Assembly: GCA_900617105.1 (NCBI GenBank)
Contig: UYFQ01000476.1
Span: forward strand, 1 to 64,000
Length of the DNA: 64,000 nt
Source: Hydrurus foetidus
Taxonomy: Eukaryota
Direction of reading: 5' to 3'
A model generated the notes under the pieces. The model had not been told where the DNA came from and made no database searches. It saw only the letters and a list, made by a program, of their open reading frames with translations. Position 1 is the first letter of the stretch, and every line of letters starts with the position of its first letter. This document shows positions 49,191-64,000 of this stretch, one piece after another. A program made the translations under genes and the position numbers.

Positions 49191-51406
49191 TATCATGTAC
49201 TGAGTGTCAATCTGCGCACGTCCTTTTCAATCCAATTTAATCACGGCAGATGGCATCTTTCTCTAACTCAACTCCACCTGTTTGTTCTGTCCACATGGCA
49301 AGACCGGGTGTGATCTCGTTTGACTCGATGGCGTAGAAGGACCCTCCCATGTACAGCACCGACCCCTCCGCATCCCACGATAATGTGTTCACTCTGAGTA
49401 TACAATATTCAAATAGTGGTAAGGTAAAATGTGTATTCTGCATCTATCCGGATAATGTGTTCACTCTGAGTATACAATATTCAAATAGTCGTAAGGTAAA
49501 ATGTGTATTCTGCATCTATCCGGATAATGTGTTCACTCTGAGTATACAATATTCAAATAGTGGTAAGGTAAAATGTGTATTCTGCATCTATCCGGATAAT
49601 GTGTTCATTCTTGTTACGTAGTATTCAAGAAGGCGTTGACTCCGAGAGTACGTCATTAAAGGATAGGTAAAATAGTGCATTCACTCTGCGCAAACAGTAC
49701 TGAAGAATGGATAAGGTACACATAAGACTGTTCGCATGTACGAACATTAATTCTCTATGGACAAAGCTGTCATTTTATTTCACAGTGAATGGAAATGACA
49801 GATCGTAGGTTGGAAGAAAAAGAGGTAGTAAGAAGAGGTCTTTACCTGGGCATGATTTGACTGTTATCACTCGACAACTGACTTCCCACCAAAGGAAGCC
49901 AAGAGGATTTACGTCCTGAAAAATATTTATTAAAATGAGAAAAAGAAAATAATACAATAAAAATAAAAAATAATATATTGAGAAAATAGAATAAAGGCAG
50001 TGCATTAGCAAAATTAGAATACAAATTAAACAAGTTGATGCATGAAATGTTGGTGTACTCATACCATCGAAATGAGCGACATGATAGACATTGACAAAGT
50101 GGTGCCCATCCCAGACCCTGGACTCAAAGCTGCCCCCTACGAATATGTCTCCGTCATTTCCTAGGGCTGCAGTTTGGATGCTCATGGCTGTGGATGAGTC
50201 ACCGCCTCTGGGGCAGAGACCTTCCCCGACCTTTGAGAGAAATGGCGCGTACGTTAGTGATGGTACGTACGAAAGTGATGGTGCATATGCACAAGCAGTG
50301 AGATGTGAAGGTACGTACGTGAGTGCTGTGGCAATGAGAAGGTGCCGAACAATACAAAACCGTATAACAATACGACAGTAGAGATTATTACGACAGTAGA
50401 GAACAATACGACAGTAGAGGAGTGATATGTAAGAGTGTGTAATTCAAGCTGGAAGGGCATCAAAGGAGATCAGAACTGCAACGTGGAATCAATCTGATCA
50501 TCCTTCTCTATGACAGAAGAGACAGCTCGTATGATGTTCCGGCTGCATCCCTATCCCTCACAGATTTCTGCCGAAAGGATCATTTGATGCTTAGCGATAT
50601 TCTGCTCATACCAAACGTCACTGGAGCTCTCATCATTCATTCCTTGGGAACTCATTTGATCGTTCACAGACACCGCTTCACATAGGTGGTCAGACAAATA
50701 CCAAGTATTCTTACAATTACCACCAAGTGTCATCTTTACACTACCCCGCACAGAAACATGGGAATTCGATTGCGTTCTAATCAGAATGTAAGTGAGTTAC
50801 AAGCATACGATGTATCACATTGGGAAAAATGAGGTGAGCTTTGCCAAACCTTATCAAAAGATAAACCGTCCCATTCGCCCACTGAACAAAATTGAATCTG
50901 GGACGTTTCAGATACTGTGTCGAAGGCTCCAACCACGAAAAGCTTATTGAAAGGCTGACTTGTCTTGTTGACCACTATGTCCCAAATAATGCCATTTGAT
51001 TCTCCATATAAATACAGCTCCGAAACATATTTCGGTGACCACCTTCAGGAACATCGTTGAATTATGTTAAGTAAATAGTTTATCTCCTGCTCTTCAGAAG
51101 TTCACAATGATCGAAGAAGAATGTTAGAGACGTAACAAAATGTGTCCAGTCGGATCAACTACTTTGGTAAAATGAAGTGGCAGAGGCAGAATTAACTCAC
51201 TCTTTCGTAGCGATATCGTATTGGGCGATATTGACCAATTCCCCATCGATAGAAAAGTTTCCGGCAACAACAAGTACACGCCTCGCTTTAATATTAGGAT
51301 TCGTGCTCGTAGAAACTGAGCTGCCACCCGGTATACCGCTGCAAGGCCGTATGATGTTGTTGGCGAATATGCAGAAAAATGGCCATAATAAGATAGAAAG
51401 CCTCAT
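42234..51406 (-). CDS. Receptor-like TKL protein kinase (signal peptide, beta-propeller-like ectodomain, one TM, kinase, long S/P-rich tail)
   Basis: Signal MRLSILLWPFFCIFA; repeated L(F/Y)V(A/G)GxF blades; TM TLLILLSCVMIGVFLGVVFAICC; kinase IGEGSFGRV, VAVK, HRDIKSHN, DWG, WLAPE and SDVYAFG across many exons. Confidence 0.88.
49379..49609. repeat. 72-bp minisatellite, ~3.2 copies
   Basis: Units start at 49379, 49451, 49523 and 49595. Confidence 0.95.
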
Positions 51407-52090
51407 TTCTTAAAAAATGCTATCGCATCTCATTCGCTGCAGCCAGTTTCCTGCCAAATAATGTCTACAAAAAGTTGATCACTTGACAAACAGCTGAAAC
51501 GACAATGCACGGGAGGTCTCAGCATGTATCATCACGAATCAGCAGCATGGATAGCAACCATAATGAGCAAACACTGTTGGATTCCATACACAATGTCGAT
51601 AATCGACAGCAAACGTGGCGTTCCTGAAGTCTCACGGCAGCCTGCTTCACAGTTACTTGTTACTAATATTGGGTTGAGGTTGATAGACTCTGCTGCTACG
51701 GCTACGGTGTACGCAGCTCAAGAGCTCAAACTCAAAGAGTTCGAGTTGGGAAGTCTCTTGAACCTGACTTTGGGTTTCGTGTGTGTGCGTTGTGAGTTTT
51801 GAGTTTTGAAAGAAAAGTAGTTGTTGAAAGACGAACGAACGGACGAACGACGGACAAAACGAATATCAGGCCGCTGGCCGCTGGACAAATAAATGATCTG
51901 AATCTCAGACGGTGTGTCCTCGTTTGTTCCGAGAGAGCGCATGTGCGATTACAGTGTCCCTGCGGTAGGTGCTAGGAGCAGTGATAAGGTGTGGACAAGT
52001 GAGAAATAGAGGGTTTCAAGTGCGTCTGTCGTCAAAGAAGATACATCTGCCTCTCTGATCCTTTACTGCCAGTCAGAGAACAGCTCAATC

Positions 52091-53853
52091 ATGTTACAGA
52101 CTATTGCATCTGCTGCTAATATCTGCGTTACGAGCAAGGAGTTCGCCGAACATCTTGATGCTAATGATGAACTTAAGGAATTTCAGAAAGAGTTCCTGTA
52201 TCCAGCTGAATCGAAGACAAGCAGCAAACAAGTCACTTATCTTTGCGGCAACTCATTGGGAATACAGCCCAAAGGTACTAGGGATTACATCTTGCAACAG
52301 CTCGACAAATGGAGCAGCGAAGGCGTTGAGGGTCATTTCACAGAGCCCACTCCATGGCTTACAATAGATGATATTATTTTAGAGTCTATGGCGCGCCTCG
52401 TAGGAGCTTTACCCTCAGAGGTTGTTCTTATGAACAGCTTGACAGTCAATCTCCACTTAATGATGGTATCTTTCTACAAGCCCACTGCTACGAGACACAA
52501 AATCCTTATTGAGAAGAAGGCATTTCCCTCAGACGTTCACGCGGTAGTCTCACAAATTCAACATCACAACTTTGATCCCTCCATCTCACTAATTGAAGTT
52601 GGTCCTCGAGATGGAGAAGTTCTGCTGAGAATAGAGGATATTGAAGCTGTAATTGCTGCGGAGGGGGACTCTATAGCCCTCGTGCTATTCAGCGGAGTTC
52701 AGTACTACACAGGCCAACTATTTGACATGGACAGGATTAGTAAAGCCGCAAAGGCGAAGGGTTGTAATGTTGGATTTGATCTTGCTCACGCTGTAGGTAT
52801 GCCTCGTTCTCTATCTTTTTTGTCATGTCTATGAATTTAACTGAACTGTCAGAATAGATATCTCGAGTTCACTGACAGTTTTATTGTGTGCTTAATTGGA
52901 CATATAGGTAATGTCCCACTACATCTGCACGATTGGGGCTGTGACTTCGCATGTTGGTGCACGTACAAGTACATGAACTGTGGTCCAGGCTCGATTGGTG
53001 GATGCTTCATTCATGACAGTCACTCGAAAAAGACTGAGATAGAAACGAGTACGACCGTAGATGAGAATGTTCACTTTCAGCAGGTTACTGTGGATCCTCC
53101 CAGATTCTCAGGCTGGTGGGGGCATCGACTTGAAGACCGCTTTGTGATGGCTCCTCAGTTCATCCCTTGTGAGGGGGCATACGGGTACAGGCTATCAAAC
53201 CCTCCTGTATTACTGATTGCTGGGGCGAGAGCTTCTCTGGATCTATTTGATAAGGTACACAAATACGCGCATTTCAAGTTTTTTAATGATAGAAAATGTG
53301 TAGAAGAGATGCTTTTGGCTCTCTGTAAGACTCTGAATCGTATAGAAAAATCAGCTCGGTTACACTATGGACCATTGATTGCCGGCCGTATTAATCTGAT
53401 CATTAGTAAACGAGAGACCGACAAGATGTCTAGCAGTCTTCCTCCTCCAGATTTAATCATCAGTAATCTCCCAGCCTAAATTGCTCGCTAACCTTTCCAT
53501 CCTCCCTCACACCTATCTAGGCCGGCATGGATCGTCTTCGCAAGAAGTCAATATTGTTGACATCCTATTTAGAGCATTTGTTGACGGTAGTTATAGGCCC
53601 GGATAAAGTGGCTATATTCACTCCCTCTGACGTCACTCAGCGAGGGTGTCAATTATCAATCACATTCCAGAATGGCATTGAGTCGGAGATCGTCAACAAA
53701 TTGCTCTTAGCGCAAGGCGTTATCTGCGATGTTAGGAAACCGAACGTCATGAGAGTGGCACCTGCTCCTCTTTACAACTCTTTCGTAGATGTTTTTAATT
53801 TCATCCGATTGCTGAAAGATAGTCTTGACGTCGTATCATCACCGCAAAATTGA
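52091..53853 (+). CDS. KYNU: Kynureninase, 3 exons
   Basis: YLCGNSLGIQP, MNSLTVNLHLMM, AFPSD, GFDLAHAVG/NVPLHLHDWGCDFACWCTYKY, LSNPP, QRGCQLS and RVAPAPLYNSF. Confidence 0.97.
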
Positions 53854-54244
53854 GGTGTAACCAATTAACTTACAGTTTCGCCCATCAGTGGCATCTTCCT
53901 CTCTTCTTCAGTGCCATACAATTTACAGTTAGAAGTGCAGAGCACGTACGTACAACACAGTGCCAGAATGCATCCGTTGGGTTTCCGGGAGTTTCAGTTA
54001 CATTTTCAACTGTGCGCAATATGCATAGAATCGAATCCTGAAACTACCATTTCATTCCAATACTGTTCGGCACGTTGTGACCAACGCAATTGGGATCTAT
54101 ACTGCTAAAATCAAACTGGAGGTGATGACAATCTGAAACTGGATGGCTGTGGAATTATATCGTTGCAATCCATAGTAAACTACGGAGGACGTGGATAGTT
54201 ACTGCTTCTACAGGATCTACAGGACAACCTCTCAACATATAAAG

Positions 54245-60837
<6,593 letters not shown>

Positions 60838-60896
60838 GGAAACGGTCTTTTTCTTCTTTCTTCTTTCTTCTTTCTTCTTCTTTCTTCCTTTCTTTC

Positions 60897-61007
<111 letters not shown>

Positions 61008-61412
61008 ACTTTCTTTCTGCCCATCTTTAATACTTCCTCTCCACTTCATTCTTGTCTTTCTTGTACACATTGCAAATCACTCGTTTTACAAAGACGATAC
61101 TACTTCGTTTGTGACATTTCTTTGATTTCGATCATTTCGATTTTGTAAGTTTTGTATGCAACAACAGATTTCATTTTTTTTGTGACTCAAGATCTAAAAA
61201 ACTCTGCACCACACATTTAACCGTATCATACCGGAATACTTCTGGTTCTCCATCCAACCATAACACATTCCGTGCATTACCTGATTCGAACCTCTTACCC
61301 TCACGATTATCATGCTATGCAATTTCTCTTAATGATCAATTAATGAGCGCAATTCAGATCCTTTGATACCTTTTCTATTGAAGTGTTGACACTAACACCA
61401 CTCACGGTCATT

Positions 61413-61454
<42 letters not shown>

Positions 61455-62093
61455 AAAGAGAGAAAGAGAAGAGAGAGAGAAAGAGAGGGAGAGAGATTGC
61501 ACTACTGTGTGAATGAGATACTTACATTGTATAGTAAACTCCGTGAAAAAAGTGGAGTACTTCAACTGACTGATAATGCACAGTATTAAATCCGTAAAAA
61601 AGAAGACTTCCCAAAAAAAGTAAAAAATCAGTGTACATGTTGCATTTATGCAACACAAGAGAGGGTAGTGCAAACATGGGGTATTACACATAACAAACAG
61701 CAATAAATAAGAAGGAAAAGAACATACTGAAATCCTTCTATGATGCGAGGAAATAAAAATACTAAATAAATATGGAAATAAAATGGGACAATTGAACACG
61801 CATAAAGTAGTTTCTTTACAAATTGAACACGTATAGAGTGACTAAATTGATGTGCTCAATCACAGAATAAGCTGGATGAATATTCTTTAGTTTGTATATC
61901 AGTCTATGACTCAATAATACGCAACAGTCTTTTATGTCGGCTGTGATTATGCATCAATACAGAATCCAACGAATTCTAATTATTCTAATTTCTTAAGAAA
62001 GGAAGAACATTCCTATACATGGAATGGGAGGTCCAGGAACTCCCACATAATCACTCAATAATATTCGTTCAAAAATTGAATGCTCTCGTTACT

Positions 62094-63950
62094 TCATGAT
62101 ATAGATATGTGTAATCTCTCTCCTCCTATGTAATTCCTCCTCCCCTTCCCATCCAAACACTGTCCCTCCCCATAATCCAATCTTTTCTCTCTGTCAAATA
62201 CAGGGGATAAAGAAACTTGCGACTCCGGATGGTGAAATAGTTTCCTATGCCCTCCTGTAAATATGGTCAATCCTACAGTCGATTTTACACCGTTTATAAC
62301 TTGAGTTTTGTGCCATGCTGCTGTGGCCGCTGATTTCTCTGAGAACGAACGTACGGCATCACGGAGAACTTTTTCTTTTTCTTCTTGGCTGTTTCCCTCT
62401 TTTTCTTCTTGCAGATTATGATTATCGGACTCTTTCGTGTCGCCCATATCTCGTGTGCGCTGCGCGTCCAAGCTGTAGACAATCGATAGGAATAGACAGG
62501 TAGTAGAAGTGGTGATGTGAGAATTATGCAAGGTGTTGTTGATGATAATAAGAGTGCATGATGGATCGTACAGCATGCCACCAGTAGAGAATACTCATAC
62601 ACGCACACATACACATACACAAGCAGGGGTAGGCTCGCGCACTAATTGACACACTCACACACACACACACACACACACAATCGCACACACCTTTTTAGTG
62701 ACACTCGTGGATCGGGTGCGGAATAGTTCCTCCTCTGACCCCTACGGGATGGGGACGATCCTCCCAAAGTAGCCGTGCCGGCCACGAAGGATCTCCGGCC
62801 AAATCCGTAATTCTCACTGATAGCTTCTGGCCACATCTGGTTAAATCAGTAGGACAGAAACTGTAAATTGCTCCTTTAAGTAGAAAGTGCTATCTAAGTT
62901 CTGCAGTAATGGTTCTATTACATCAATAGGTGTGAATTAGATAGTGCTATTGGTAGTGAAATTAAATTCGAGAATGTAAGTCAGCCGGTAGTCACCTGGG
63001 CTGTGGGTGAGCTGGAGTGTGCTCTTGAAGGAGAGAGGGAAGAAGAACATCTGAGAGAACTGCCTCTCATACTGTAGTCCACCTCCCTTGCTGCGCTGTC
63101 CTCATCTCCCCTGAGTGAGCGATAAGGTGGGATTTAAATACGAGTAGTTTGTGCAGAATAAAACACTACAAGAGTGGCACACTGAGAAACCGACTGCATG
63201 GGGTACAGTAACAGCTATTCCAAGGAACGACTACGCAATTGTTGGAATTATCTGCATCAAACCAAACAAAGATATCAGTTTTCAAATTTCTCACATGTTG
63301 CCGCTGATGTTTATCTGGGACTTTGGACCTGCGAAAATCCGTCTGCTGCCCCCTTTAGAGAAAGTGACATCATTTCCTATGGTGGACCGTCGGCCGAAAG
63401 ACTGACTCATCTCTGACGTACGAATGTTGTGCGGATGTGTCATCAACGTTGCAAAAAAAGTTGATGTGAAGTGTCAAAAATCATGTATGCAATCTATTAC
63501 ATACAGCAGTGTATCATTTTGACAAAGTGTGTCGATATTTTACAGTGACAGCCGGATATGCAGTGTGTACGATATCGATATTTTACAGTGACAGCCGGAT
63601 ATGCAGCGTGTACGATATCGATATTTTAGAGACACTGAGGAATCTTCAGTACGCACCTACAGGGACGTGGTCGTATTGGATCGGATACGCAGTTGGCGAG
63701 ATAGGAGGTACGTAGTCTTGAGAGTAAACATCTAGACTGTCCTCGTCAGCTGTGAACTTACTTGCCAGAAGGCACCTACTCCGGATAAGTTTGTGAAATA
63801 TGTAAAAAATCAATAAGAATATGAATATTAATTGGTATATTTACAACAGAAGAATTAATCAAAAATCACTTACGGGAGAGGAAAGTGGTTGTCAGAAGTC
63901 GCATAATTTCTTCTGCTTCCTCCCTTCGCAAAGGTTGACTCGAAGCCAAC
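62094..63950 (-). CDS. Exon fragments of an unidentified minus-strand gene, probably continuing beyond the window
   Basis: Coding-like segments (LDAQRTRDMG...; WPEAISENYGFGRRSF...) bordered by splice-like signals; no recognisable domain. Confidence 0.35.
63534..63628. repeat. 43-bp tandem repeat, ~2 copies
   Basis: gatattttacagtgacagccggatatgcagygtgtacgatatc occurs twice. Confidence 0.85.
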
Positions 63951-64000
63951 ATTTGACAACTTTCCATGACACACGCTATCAGCACATGTGCTGTCAGAGG

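Noticed and set aside
49379..49609. CRISPR-like array
   Set aside because: Units are contiguous and near-identical with no unique spacers; eukaryotic intron context and no cas genes

Overview
Eukaryotic genomic DNA with GT-AG introns and microsatellite-rich introns. The organism is probably an ochrophyte stramenopile; this is an inference from a bipartite plastid-type presequence and the transposon families present. The first ~16 kb is a nest of mobile elements. (1) A Ty3/Gypsy chromovirus, apparently one Gag-Pol ORF at 159-6456, broken only by homopolymer indels, with a PPT and a 217-bp 3' LTR at 6674-6890. (2) A PIF/Harbinger element ending at 8253 + TAA, whose Myb/SANT gene the chromovirus interrupts. 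(3) A ~1.09-kb tandem duplication. (4) An intron-containing Crypton-like tyrosine recombinase gene at 9694-12196, with a variant catalytic motif and a lox-like palindrome upstream. (5) A 207-bp MITE and a 2.7-kb two-gene Harbinger-superfamily element stacked at one ACT target site. The remaining ~48 kb is compact host gene space: FHA-domain protein, SAP-like protein, ERH, RPS23, site-2 protease, dihydrouridine synthase, a hypothetical protein, a possible TRAPP subunit, UFD1, a receptor-like TKL kinase with a beta-propeller ectodomain, kynureninase, a multi-repeat calcyphosin-like EF-hand protein and a partial unknown gene. All calls come from reading motifs by eye; no searches were run.
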